NCBI GenBank assembly: GCA_963668675.2
Contig: CAXXMB010000001.1
Location: forward strand, 1,504,001-1,568,000
Length of the DNA stretch: 64,000 nucleotides
Reading direction: 5' to 3'
DNA from: an uncultured Desulfatitalea sp.
Lineage (GTDB): Bacteria > Desulfobacterota > Desulfobacteria > Desulfobacterales > Desulfosarcinaceae
Part shown: in pieces, positions 9,498-18,884 of the stretch
How positions within the stretch are numbered: the first letter of the stretch is position 1
Layout of the letters: each line of letters opens with the position of its first letter
Program-made: the position numbers and the translations under genes
Notes under the pieces: generated by a model
Told to the model about the DNA's origin: nothing
Databases searched by the model: none
Seen by the model: the letters and a program-made list of their open reading frames with translations, nothing else

Positions 9498-9650
9498 CGC
9501 TGTCGCCCTTTCAAAGTCTCACCGCTTGACACCCCAGGTGACAATTTTATACTTTCCACAAATCGGCACCTGCTGAAAAGCCATTTTTTTGGCGGGTCTG
9601 CCTTGCCAACCTTAACGTAAATCAACGCCAACCATTAAGGAAAAGCGACC

Positions 9651-10538
9651 ATGAAAGAGATCTCCATCGGCTGGATCGGAACCGGTGTCATGGGCAACGC
9701 CATGTGTGGCCACCTGATCGATGCCGGCCATCAGGTTCACCTGTTCAACCGAACCCGCGACAAAGCCGCCAATCTCATCGAACGTGGCGCCGACTGGTGC
9801 CCGACGCCCAAAGCAGTGGCCCAGGCCTCAGAGGTGGTTTTCTCGATCGTGGGCTATCCACAGGATGTCGAACAGGTTATCCTGGGCCCCGACGGCGTGT
9901 TGGAAGGGGTCAAAGAGGGCGCTGTCGTGGTCGATATGACCACCTCAAGCCCGGAGTTGGCGCGGACCATTTCCCAGCAGGCCGAAAACAGGGGGGTGGC
10001 CACCCTGGATGCACCGGTCTCCGGCGGCGATGTGGGAGCACGCGAGGCGACCCTGGCGATCATGGTCGGCGGCGACCAGGCCACCTTCGACCGCGTCGTG
10101 CCCCTGTTCGATATCATGGGCGGCCACATCGCCCTCATGGGCGGTCCGGGCGCCGGCCAGCACACCAAGATGTGCAACCAGATCTTGATCGCCGGCACCA
10201 TGATCGGGGTGGTCGAGTCGATGCTCTACGCCCACCGGGCCGGTATGGACCGCGATGCGGTGATCGATGTGATCGGCCGGGGCGCGGCCAGCTCGTGGGC
10301 CATCAACAACCTTGGCCGCCGCATCGCCGGCGGCGATTTCGATCCCGGCTTCTACGTCAAACACTTTGTCAAAGACATGGGCATCGCTCTGGAGGAGGCC
10401 CGGCGGATGAACCTGAGCCTGCCTGGGCTGGCGCTGGTTCACCAGTTCTATCTGGCCGCCATTGCCCAGGGCGATGAGAACCTCGGAACTCAGGCGCTCT
10501 ATCGGGTCCTGGACCGCATCAACCGCCCCGCTTCCTGA
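9651..10538 (+). CDS. NAD(P)-dependent oxidoreductase, 3-hydroxyisobutyrate / 2-hydroxy-3-oxopropionate reductase family
   Basis: GWIGTGVMG, DAPVSGGD, GQHTKMCNQ and KDM motifs. Confidence 0.92.
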   Translation: MKEISIGWIGTGVMGNAMCGHLIDAGHQVHLFNRTRDKAANLIERGADWCPTPKAVAQASEVVFSIVGYPQDVEQVILGPDGVLEGVKEGAVVVDMTTSSPELARTISQQAENRGVATLDAPVSGGDVGAREATLAIMVGGDQATFDRVVPLFDIMGGHIALMGGPGAGQHTKMCNQILIAGTMIGVVESMLYAHRAGMDRDAVIDVIGRGAASSWAINNLGRRIAGGDFDPGFYVKHFVKDMGIALEEARRMNLSLPGLALVHQFYLAAIAQGDENLGTQALYRVLDRINRPAS

Positions 10539-10551
10539 CCGGAGACACAAG

Positions 10552-11586
10552 ATGACCGACAATCGAAGCGTGGTTCACCCGGATGAAAAAGGAAGCCATA
10601 AAAAAGAGCTGCAGCGCCTGCGCATGCGCGCCATCGGGCTATCGTTCGCAGTGAGCCTTGCCCTGTTGGGCATTAAGTTCATCACCTACCGTTTGACCCA
10701 CTCTTCAGCGGTCCTCTCAGACGCCCTGGAGTCGATCATAAATGTGGCCGCCAGCGCCTTCGCTGCGCTGAGTATCTGGATGGCCGCCAAACCGCCGGAC
10801 CCGGACCACCCCTACGGCCATGGCAAGATCGAATACTTCTCGGCCGGGTTCGAGGGGGCGCTGATCATCGGGGCGGCGGTGGGGATCTTCTACACCGGTA
10901 TCCAACATCTGATCGATCCCCATCCACTGCCCAACCTGGAGACGGGTCTGCTCCTGTTGATAGGCGCCACCGTCGTTAATCTGCTGCTGGGGCTCTATTT
11001 GGTGAGAATCGGTCGGCGCACCGATTCGATCGCACTGGAGGCCGACGGCAAGCACATACTGACCGATGTCTACTCATCGGCCGCTGCGGTGGTCGCACTG
11101 GTGCTGGTCTATTTCACCGGATGGTTGCGAATCGACGGCGCCATCGCCTGCCTGATCGGTATCAACATCCTGGTCACCGGGGGCAAACTGGTCGTCCAGT
11201 CGTTCAAGCGCCTCATGGACGCCTCGGACCCCGAACTGCTCGAACGCATTGCCACCGTTCTGGTGGCCAACCGCCGGCCTGACTGGGTCGACATCCATCA
11301 ACTGCGCGCCTGGCGCGCCGGTGCCATCGTCCATATCGATCTGCATCTGGTGCTGCCGGTTGAGCTATCCCTGGCCAAGGCCCATCAGGAAGCCAAAATC
11401 CTGGAGAACTTGCTCACCGAAGCGTTCGACGGCAATGCCGGCATTCTGGTCCATATGGACCCGTGCGAACCCACCGAATGCCCGGTCTGCGGCCTTGCAG
11501 CTTGCGAGCGCCGCAGCCATGGCCGCGATCCCGAGATAATCTGGAACCGCGAACGCATGATCCGAGCCTCCGCAGGGGAACCGTAG
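10552..11586 (+). CDS. Cation diffusion facilitator (FieF-like) transporter
   Basis: SDALES, HPYGHGKIE, DGKHILTD and HMDP motifs, with a Cys-rich tail. Confidence 0.93.
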   Translation: MTDNRSVVHPDEKGSHKKELQRLRMRAIGLSFAVSLALLGIKFITYRLTHSSAVLSDALESIINVAASAFAALSIWMAAKPPDPDHPYGHGKIEYFSAGFEGALIIGAAVGIFYTGIQHLIDPHPLPNLETGLLLLIGATVVNLLLGLYLVRIGRRTDSIALEADGKHILTDVYSSAAAVVALVLVYFTGWLRIDGAIACLIGINILVTGGKLVVQSFKRLMDASDPELLERIATVLVANRRPDWVDIHQLRAWRAGAIVHIDLHLVLPVELSLAKAHQEAKILENLLTEAFDGNAGILVHMDPCEPTECPVCGLAACERRSHGRDPEIIWNRERMIRASAGEP

Positions 11587-11667
11587 AATGAATTCAATTC
11601 GTAGCAATCGTATGCTTACAAAAATAGTGCCGACCCAAACGACGCGACCTAAGAGAAGGAGAAGACA

Positions 11668-12015
11668 ATGGCGACCATCTTTACCAAAATTATCAAAGGT
11701 GAAATTCCGAGCGACATCGTCTACCAGGACGACCAGGTGACCGCGTTCCGCGACATCGAGCCCCAAGCCCCCACCCACATCCTCATTGTCCCCAATAAGG
11801 AGATCCCCACGGTCAACGACATTCAGCCCGAAGACGAGCAGTTGGTCGGCCACATGTTCACCGTCGCCGCCAAAATCGCAACAGACGAAGGTGTCGCCGA
11901 AAGCGGCTACCGCCTGTTGCTCAACTGCAACCGGGACGCCAACCAGGAGGTCTTCCACCTGCACATGCATATGTTTGGCGGCCGCCAGTTGGGCCCAATG
12001 CTGATGCGGCAATAG
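11668..12015 (+). CDS. hinT: Histidine triad nucleotide-binding protein
   Basis: [22 protein letters not shown] and HLHMH (HIT motif). Confidence 0.93.
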   Translation: MATIFTKIIKGEIPSDIVYQDDQVTAFRDIEPQAPTHILIVPNKEIPTVNDIQPEDEQLVGHMFTVAAKIATDEGVAESGYRLLLNCNRDANQEVFHLHMHMFGGRQLGPMLMRQ

Positions 12016-12031
12016 CGGACGGTCCGGTGCG

Positions 12032-12619
12032 ATGAAGAGACGACTGCCCCTTTTGAACCGCTCCTGGTGGTCCTTTCAATGGCGCTACCTGCGAAGGCGC
12101 ACCCCCTGGGATACGCAGATCACGCCGCCCGAAGTGATGGCGTTTCTCTTCACCGCCCCTCCCGGGCGGGCTCTGGATCTGGGGTGTGGTACGGGTACCA
12201 ACGCGATTACATTGGCCCGAAGAGGCTGGCAGGTGACCGGCATCGACTTTGCCGCCCAGGCCATTCTCAAAGCGCGCCGAAAGGCGGCCCGCAGCCATCT
12301 GCAGATCGATTTCAGGGTTGGGGATGTGAGCGAATTAGGCGGACTTGCAGGCGTCTTCGACTACGTATTGGATATCGGCTGTCTGCACGGGCTAAATGAC
12401 CAACAGCAGATTCGCTACGCCAAAAGATTCGACGGATTGATGCGTCCCGGCGGGACGTTCATGCTCTACGCCTGGCTGCCGCGCATCTGGAAGGGAAAGC
12501 GGCGCGGAATTGCTACCGAGACCATACGGGGCCTGTTCGAGCCGACGCTGCAGCACCACCAGACCATCGTCGGAGAGGAGGCTGGCGGTCCTTCGGCGTG
12601 GTATTGGTTTAAAAGCTAA
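12032..12619 (+). CDS. Class I SAM-dependent methyltransferase
   Basis: TPWD, ALDLGCGTG, GIDF and DIGCLH motifs. Confidence 0.88.
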   Translation: MKRRLPLLNRSWWSFQWRYLRRRTPWDTQITPPEVMAFLFTAPPGRALDLGCGTGTNAITLARRGWQVTGIDFAAQAILKARRKAARSHLQIDFRVGDVSELGGLAGVFDYVLDIGCLHGLNDQQQIRYAKRFDGLMRPGGTFMLYAWLPRIWKGKRRGIATETIRGLFEPTLQHHQTIVGEEAGGPSAWYWFKS

Positions 12620-12641
12620 CCAATAGACAGGAAGCAGCCGG

Positions 12642-13703
12642 TTACTCTATAGAACCGGCATTTCGAAAGGCCTGCACCCTTTCGGGCGTGGGTGGATGTG
12701 TGGCGAGGTATCCGGTCCAGCCCCCTCCTTCCTCTGATTTTTGCTCTTTGTGGTTCTTATCGATCCGGGAGAGGATATCGGCAAAGCGTTCGGGCGGTAC
12801 ATCGTGCGCCAACAGGTAGTCCAAGGCATAGCGGTCTGCATCCCGTTCGAATTCACGCGAGTAGGCCAGTTCGGTGAGCACCACGGGCAGCCCCAAAAAG
12901 AGCTCGGAAACACCCGACGCGTCCCCGGTAAGGGCCAGAATGGCAAACGATAGCATCGAGTCCTGAACCATGCGGCGCATGCCGTGCTGATGAAACACGT
13001 GACCGATCTCGTGGGCCATTACAGCCAACAGTTCGTCGTCATCTTTGGCCGCCTCGACCATCTCGTCGGTGAAGACGATGGTGCCGCCGGGCAGCGCGAA
13101 GGCATTGGGCCCCAGCTTTCCGCCTTTACGAAACACCACCACAAGATCAAGCGCCGGGTGGTTATCGATGGCCGGTTGCAGGTGCTTTCGAACACGCGTT
13201 GCAGTCTCTTCCGGCAGCTCTGATTCGTCCAATGCGGCCTTGTCCAGAAAATTCAATGTCTGCTCATCGGCCATTCGATGGATCGATTCGGGCAATGCGG
13301 CGGTCACCACTTTGGCTGCCACCGGCACCACATACTTCACAGTGGCGGCAGCGATCAACAGAACGATCAGGAAGGCGGCCAGCACATAACGCTTTCTCGA
13401 TTCGAGGATATGGACCCAGAGGCTCCAGTGGTCGCGACGAAATGCCCCCAGAATCCGATCGACACCAGCATTGTCGTCGGTTTCGAGGACCGCCCCATCT
13501 GGAAAGCAGATTGCCCGCGGCGTATCGGCCAGACGGTCCGACACCTTGGCGTCAAAGCGCTTTCGGCGATAGACAGCGTCGCCATTACCGACCCGAAGGA
13601 CCTCAACAGCTTCATTGTCGTAGACCCTCAACACCACCGCAATCTGTGCGGAGGTCCTGCCGTCAAACCACTGTCCTTCTACGGTGATCATTAGCGTGTG
13701 CAT
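12642..13703 (-). CDS. M48 family metallopeptidase
   Basis: NAFALPGG, HEIGH, YSREFERDAD and THP motifs. Confidence 0.92.
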   Translation of the reverse strand: MHTLMITVEGQWFDGRTSAQIAVVLRVYDNEAVEVLRVGNGDAVYRRKRFDAKVSDRLADTPRAICFPDGAVLETDDNAGVDRILGAFRRDHWSLWVHILESRKRYVLAAFLIVLLIAAATVKYVVPVAAKVVTAALPESIHRMADEQTLNFLDKAALDESELPEETATRVRKHLQPAIDNHPALDLVVVFRKGGKLGPNAFALPGGTIVFTDEMVEAAKDDDELLAVMAHEIGHVFHQHGMRRMVQDSMLSFAILALTGDASGVSELFLGLPVVLTELAYSREFERDADRYALDYLLAHDVPPERFADILSRIDKNHKEQKSEEGGGWTGYLATHPPTPERVQAFRNAGSIE

Positions 13704-13843
13704 CCTCTCCCTCAGCCCGATGGCCTTCGTTTACCAAGTGTGCCGGAAACATTTCCCTGTTCTGCGAAAATAAAACAGATTTCGACGATCGCCAGGGGCC
13801 CATTGCTTTTGATCCCAAGCGACATCCGCACAGTTATCCCCTC

Positions 13844-15091
13844 CTACAGACCGAAGTCAAAATCCATGAAGTCGGAAATTTCGTTCCCCAGAGCGCCGGT
13901 CTCCTTCAACTCATCGGCAACGAATTGGTCCAGATCTCCCGATGGCAACAAGACGAGTTGTTCGATCTTGTAGCGGTATGCGCGCACCTGGGCAAATGGG
14001 TGAAACAGTCCCAGCGTGCAGACGATCGCCAACGTATTGGTCAGCAGGATCAAGGCGAACGCTTTGATCTCCATCGTCGCTTTAAATCTGTGCTTCTGCA
14101 GCGCGCCCGAGTTGTAGAGCAGGTTGCCCGATTTGACTGAAAAATAGGCAAAAGCGTAAAGATACATCACCACCATCACCAAAGCGCCTAAAGGCCCGCC
14201 TAAGAAAGGCAGAAAAATGGATACCGCCACAACGATTACGATGGCCGCGATGAGCGGAATCAGGAACTTCAGGACAATACGGTAGTAATCTCCGGCCGTG
14301 GCGTGAAAGGTGAACGGCGCGGTGCCGTAGGTCGAGTTTTCCACGATGAATTTCTTCTGGCGATAGTGGGCGTAGGGGCCCAGAATACCGAGGGTCGGTA
14401 TGGAGAGCAGCGGAAAGAGCACGAACGTTTTGGCGGCTCCGCCATAGGTGCCCTTGAAATTGAAGCGGATGTTGCGCCAGGAGCTATAGCGCGCATTGAA
14501 GGCCAGGGACCGGACCACAAGCCATGGAAGTATGATAAGAAAAACGAGGCTTCCTGCCAACGCAGCGGGCGGAAAGACTTGGTTCATGATGGAGTAACAG
14601 ACAAAAACGACAAATACTATGGCGCGGCCTTTCAAAATCTTTACCGGATCGGCCAGGTAGCGGAAGGTGGCACCGACCACCCGGGTGTTGCCGTAAAAGT
14701 ACTGTTTACGTCGCACCTTGGCCCAGGCCGAGTAGATTCCCAGGGTGACAATAGAGAGGAGGACATTGACGATCCAGATCTTGAAGTACTCGCCACCGGC
14801 CCCCTTGAATTCAAACGGCTCCTGTGCCTTGGCGGCCGGCATCTGCGGTGTGGGCTTTGGTTCCGGCGCGACCGGTTTCGGTGGTTCCGGCGGCTGCGGC
14901 GGTGCAGGCTGATTCGGAACCTTTGGATTGGCAGGACGAACCAGCTGCGACAGCGGCTGCCAGTTCTCCCCGGAGGCGCTGCGCACCAGCGTCTCTCCAT
15001 TGATCTGCTTCGATTTAATCAGTTCCGTCAATTCCGCCTTGTTGACCGGCCCGATCTCCTGCTCCCCATCCTTATAGTACCAACTCATCAA
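13844..15091 (-). CDS. YjgN/DUF898 membrane protein with N-terminal GYF_2-like domain and Pro-rich linker
   Basis: WYY...GP...LV...W N-terminal domain and GEYFKIWIVN...TLGIYSAWAKVR (DUF898). Confidence 0.9.
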   Translation of the reverse strand: MMSWYYKDGEQEIGPVNKAELTELIKSKQINGETLVRSASGENWQPLSQLVRPANPKVPNQPAPPQPPEPPKPVAPEPKPTPQMPAAKAQEPFEFKGAGGEYFKIWIVNVLLSIVTLGIYSAWAKVRRKQYFYGNTRVVGATFRYLADPVKILKGRAIVFVVFVCYSIMNQVFPPAALAGSLVFLIILPWLVVRSLAFNARYSSWRNIRFNFKGTYGGAAKTFVLFPLLSIPTLGILGPYAHYRQKKFIVENSTYGTAPFTFHATAGDYYRIVLKFLIPLIAAIVIVVAVSIFLPFLGGPLGALVMVVMYLYAFAYFSVKSGNLLYNSGALQKHRFKATMEIKAFALILLTNTLAIVCTLGLFHPFAQVRAYRYKIEQLVLLPSGDLDQFVADELKETGALGNEISDFMDFDFGL

Positions 15092-15419
15092 GCGGCTCCT
15101 TTTCTGTGATCCATGCGTGAAATGGTTTCGTGCTCAATCGTAATTACGAATGCGATTACGCGGCGGGAGGATGATAAATGCATGATAAAATATGAAAATT
15201 TGGTAGATATTTTACCAGAGAAACGCATTTACAGGCAAGGGGAAATGGGCTTTTTAATTGATAGCCCATGACATGTTGAAAATATAAGTAAAATCGACTT
15301 TATTCTATTTTACACATGCGTATAATTGACAAGGTAGAATGATGCCATAGGCACTACATTCCAGGGAAGAAAAACGACCTTTGCCGTCTTCCCAATACGA
15401 CCGAAATTGAAATGGGCTG

Positions 15420-16796
15420 TTATTTATTTTTGCGCCGAAGTACCTTCTTTTGAGGCCTGTTCTTCTTCCATCGGCTGAATTCTATTTTTCCGGTGCGCAG
15501 GCGGAAGTAGATGCGCAGCGGGGTCATATCGAGACCGGTCCTGGCGCGGACCTGGTTGAGAAGATAGCGCTGGTAGGAGAAGTGAACGGCGTCGGGGAAA
15601 TTGACGAAGCAGACGAAGGTGGGCGGCCGTTGGCCCACTTGCGTCGCGTAGTAGAACTTGAGTCTGCGGCCCCGGTGCAGGGGGGGTTCTGTACGCTGGG
15701 TGGCCTCTTTGAAAATGCGGTTGAGGATGCCGGTACCGATGCGGGTGGTGTACTGGGTAAATACGTTTTCTATCAAAGGGAATATCTTGTTGATGCGCTG
15801 TCCGCTCTTGGCCGATATGGTGAGCAGCGGCGCGTGTTGAAGGAATTTGGCCGTTTCGTGGAGGCGTTGGCCGAATTTATGCGGCGTTGTCGTTTGGGCA
15901 TCCACGAGGTCCCACTTGTTGGCGATGAAGATGGCGCCGCAGCCACGCTCATAGGCATATCCAGCTACCTTGATGTCCTGGTCGGTGATGCCCTGGTCGG
16001 CGTCGAGCAAAATCAGGGCCACGTCGCACGCTTCGAGGCTTTTGAGCGCCTTGATGATCGAGAACTTCTCCAGCTTCAGGCCCACTTTCGATTTGCGCCG
16101 AATCCCAGCAGTGTCGATCAGGCGAAAGGTGCGCCCGCCCTTTTGAACCACGGTGTCGACGGCGTCCCGGGTGGTGCCGGGCACGTCGCTGACCAGCAAC
16201 CGCTCCTGGCCGGCCAGGCGGTTAATCAAGGAGGATTTGCCCACGTTGGGCCGCCCCACCACGGCGATGCGGATCTCGTCGGATTCGACCGGCGCTTCGG
16301 CGCGGGGCAGTACGTCCACCAGGGCGTCCATGAAATCGGGTACCCCGTATCCATGTTCGGCAGAGAGAGAGTAAAGCTGGTCGGTGCCGAGGGCATGAAA
16401 CTCGTAGAGGCGATCCTCCTGTTCGAGTCCGTCGACCTTGTTGACCACATGGAACACCGGCTGTTGCACTGTGCGGATCCACTGGATCAAGTCGTGGTCA
16501 AAGGGCGAGAGGCCGTGCTTGCCGTCAAGCACCAGGACTACGGCGTCGGCCTCTTGCACGGCGCTTTCGACTTGAGTGCGTATGTGGGCGGCAAAGGCGT
16601 CATCGTCGCCGGTCACGAACCCGCCGGTATCGACGACGATAAAGGCGTGGTCCTCCCACTTCGCATCGCCGTAGTGGCGATCACGGGTGACGCCGGGCAG
16701 GTCGTCGACAATGGCATCGCGTCGGCGCGTCATGCGATTGAAGAGGGTGGACTTGCCCACGTTGGGGCGTCCGATGATGGCGACGATAGGTTTCAT
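15420..16796 (-). CDS. der: Ribosome biogenesis GTPase Der
   Basis: Two GRPNVGKS GTPase domains and a C-terminal KH-like domain. Confidence 0.97.
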   Translation of the reverse strand: MKPIVAIIGRPNVGKSTLFNRMTRRRDAIVDDLPGVTRDRHYGDAKWEDHAFIVVDTGGFVTGDDDAFAAHIRTQVESAVQEADAVVLVLDGKHGLSPFDHDLIQWIRTVQQPVFHVVNKVDGLEQEDRLYEFHALGTDQLYSLSAEHGYGVPDFMDALVDVLPRAEAPVESDEIRIAVVGRPNVGKSSLINRLAGQERLLVSDVPGTTRDAVDTVVQKGGRTFRLIDTAGIRRKSKVGLKLEKFSIIKALKSLEACDVALILLDADQGITDQDIKVAGYAYERGCGAIFIANKWDLVDAQTTTPHKFGQRLHETAKFLQHAPLLTISAKSGQRINKIFPLIENVFTQYTTRIGTGILNRIFKEATQRTEPPLHRGRRLKFYYATQVGQRPPTFVCFVNFPDAVHFSYQRYLLNQVRARTGLDMTPLRIYFRLRTGKIEFSRWKKNRPQKKVLRRKNK

Positions 16797-16905
16797 GAAT
16801 TGTCCGGTGCAACCTTTCCATTATTGTGTGGCCATGTCGGGGGAGACCTTGCTATACGGAAAGCATCAACCAAAGTCAAACCAATAGAGGGATGGAGGCG
16901 AGATC

Positions 16906-17012
16906 ATGCCCGAATTAGCCTATTTAAACGGAGAGATCATGCCCATCGACCAGGCCCCATGTCCAGGCAGTTGTTGGCCCATCTGGGGAGAAGGGCGATG
17001 GGCGAAACGTAA
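16906..17012 (+). pseudogene. Internally deleted class IV (D-amino acid / branched-chain) aminotransferase remnant
   Basis: GGAGG RBS, then MPELAYLNGEIMPIDQA (class IV N-terminal AYLNG motif), joined out of frame to PGPMSRQLL...stop (class IV C-terminal PGP motif). Confidence 0.6.
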
Positions 17013-17027
17013 AGCCGCAGGCGACGC

Positions 17028-17456
17028 CTATTGCCCCACCAGCGCTCTGTAATCTTTCAGGATCGGTGCATATGCCCTGCCGAACAGGCTGCTTGAGATC
17101 ATGAAATCGGCAGTTGCCCGGTTGCAGGCCACGGCCACGTTGTAAAGCACGGACATGCGCAGCAGAGCCTTGACGTCCACATCGTGGGGTTGGGCCGTCA
17201 TCGGATCCCAGAAGAAGATCAATATATCCAGCTCTTCGTTGGCGATCATGGCCCCCAGTTGCTGATCGCCGCCCAGGGGGCCGCTTTTTAGCCGGTGAAT
17301 CTGCATCGAAAGGTTTTCCGCAATAACTTTGCCGGTGGTGCCGGTGGCAAACAGATGATGTCGTGACAGCGTTTCTGCATTGAAGCGGACCCACTCCAGC
17401 AGATCCTTCTTGCGTTCGTCGTGGGCCACAAGGGCAATGCGCTTGAGCTTCTCCAC
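17028..17456 (-). CDS. mgsA: Methylglyoxal synthase
   Basis: IALVAHD, ATGTTG, SGPLGGDQQ and QPHDVDVKALLR motifs. GTG start with RBS. Confidence 0.95.
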   Translation of the reverse strand: MEKLKRIALVAHDERKKDLLEWVRFNAETLSRHHLFATGTTGKVIAENLSMQIHRLKSGPLGGDQQLGAMIANEELDILIFFWDPMTAQPHDVDVKALLRMSVLYNVAVACNRATADFMISSSLFGRAYAPILKDYRALVGQ

Positions 17457-17466
17457 GATCTCCTCC

Positions 17467-17865
17467 CTAATTTTTCTTTCGATAGAGCAACTCGATGGAG
17501 ACGCCATCAGGCGCCTGAATAAAGGCAATACGCAGCTCGGGCCCGAAGTCCATGGGGTCGAGATCGAAAACGACGCCCCTGCTTTTCAACTGGCTGCAAT
17601 AATCGTCAAAATCGGTGTCGACCTGAAAACCGTAGTGATCGATTCCCCACTGCAAACCGCCTTTGTCTGATGCCGATTCGCCAGTCCGCTGTCCGCGTAT
17701 AATGATGGTAGCACCTTCAAACTGCACGAGGACCTGAGGAGCACCGCGCACTTCGGTGCTAGCCGTGATGCGGCCATCGAGTTTTTCGACATACCAATCG
17801 GCAGCCTTAACGGGGTCTCGACTGAGCAGGTGGATATGGTCGAAGGAGATTCGGGGGGTCGCCAT
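17467..17865 (-). CDS. VOC (glyoxalase/bleomycin resistance) family protein
   Basis: FDHIHL...IDHYGF...AFIQAPDGVSIEL motifs. Confidence 0.88.
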   Translation of the reverse strand: MATPRISFDHIHLLSRDPVKAADWYVEKLDGRITASTEVRGAPQVLVQFEGATIIIRGQRTGESASDKGGLQWGIDHYGFQVDTDFDDYCSQLKSRGVVFDLDPMDFGPELRIAFIQAPDGVSIELLYRKKN

Positions 17866-17909
17866 TTTTTTCTTCCTTTCCTCTGAAGTTGACTTTTCGG
17901 TATGTGCCA

Positions 17910-18788
17910 TCAGTCACTCTGTTTCAAGGGAATTTTAGATTCGCAGGGGACGCCGGTCTGGCAAAGGCCGCAGCCGTATCCGTCGAAGCCGAAATGAGCC
18001 TTCACGTATTTCGCTGTCTTACGAACGTATTGATAACAGAGCATCTTGTCTTTGCCGGCTTCGGTGATAGCGCCGGCCGGGCATCGTTCGGCGCACTTTT
18101 TACAGATACCTTTGCTGAAAAAAAGGCAGTAGGCCTGATGGTCGTCATAAGGCCTTTGTGTTGGCGGTATCTTGAGCTGGGCCACCACCGACCCGGTGCG
18201 CATCGCTTTGCCCACGGGCGTAATCAATCCGTCGCACAGGCTGAAGGTTCCCAGGCCGGCGGCATAGGCCGCATGGCGCTCGGACCAAGTCGAAGCGAAG
18301 CCGTACTTGGGTGACAGCCGCATGCTGAACTGTGGCGTCAAGAGCGGCGCCACGGCCCGGCAACCGTCACTTTTCAACGCGGCCACCAGGTGCTTGCGCA
18401 GCTTGACATTGACCTCCTCGCCGAAAATTCGCGCCCGGGCCCATCGTTCGGAGGGCCAGGCATCCTCTTTTCGGTTGTCAGCTTTGGTTGCCTCGGTCTG
18501 GGGCAGGATGTAGCTGATGACGGTGAGCTCTTCCGGCGTAACCGTTGGATCGCCAAAGGTGAGGGCAAAAATCTCCCAGGGGGTCAAATGAAAGGGGCCG
18601 ACGTGCTCCTTATAATCTTCGAAAATGGGGTCGTCGCCGCTTGCAAAACCGACCAGGGGTTTGTCGAAGGCCTTCTCCCCAGCCGGGTTCTCGAGTGTGT
18701 TTTCCGGTGAGCTGTCGATAAATGTTTCGGCGACACTTCTGATCCAATCGGCGTCGATCTGTTGCCTCATGTTTTTCCCCTTTCCCAC
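17910..18788 (-). CDS. Epoxyqueuosine reductase-like 4Fe-4S protein
   Basis: WSERHAAYAAGLGTF, CKKCAERCP and CGLCQTGVPC motifs. Confidence 0.8.
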   Translation of the reverse strand: MGKGKNMRQQIDADWIRSVAETFIDSSPENTLENPAGEKAFDKPLVGFASGDDPIFEDYKEHVGPFHLTPWEIFALTFGDPTVTPEELTVISYILPQTEATKADNRKEDAWPSERWARARIFGEEVNVKLRKHLVAALKSDGCRAVAPLLTPQFSMRLSPKYGFASTWSERHAAYAAGLGTFSLCDGLITPVGKAMRTGSVVAQLKIPPTQRPYDDHQAYCLFFSKGICKKCAERCPAGAITEAGKDKMLCYQYVRKTAKYVKAHFGFDGYGCGLCQTGVPCESKIPLKQSD

Positions 18789-18884
18789 GATGTGATTGCT
18801 TTGAGTGCTCTCTCTGGGCGAGCCTTATGTTCGCCCTAAGCTTTCAGCATAGGCGCTCTATTTTTGCCCAGCATCAGACCCATT

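Noticed and set aside
16900..16944. 12-bp direct repeat GAGATCATGCCC
   Set aside because: Only two copies, explained by the start context and an EIMP codon run. No array or target-site duplication context.
15450..17012. 520-aa plus-strand ORF
   Set aside because: Antisense shadow of der with no recognisable motifs. Only its last ~20 codons are meaningful, as the aminotransferase remnant.
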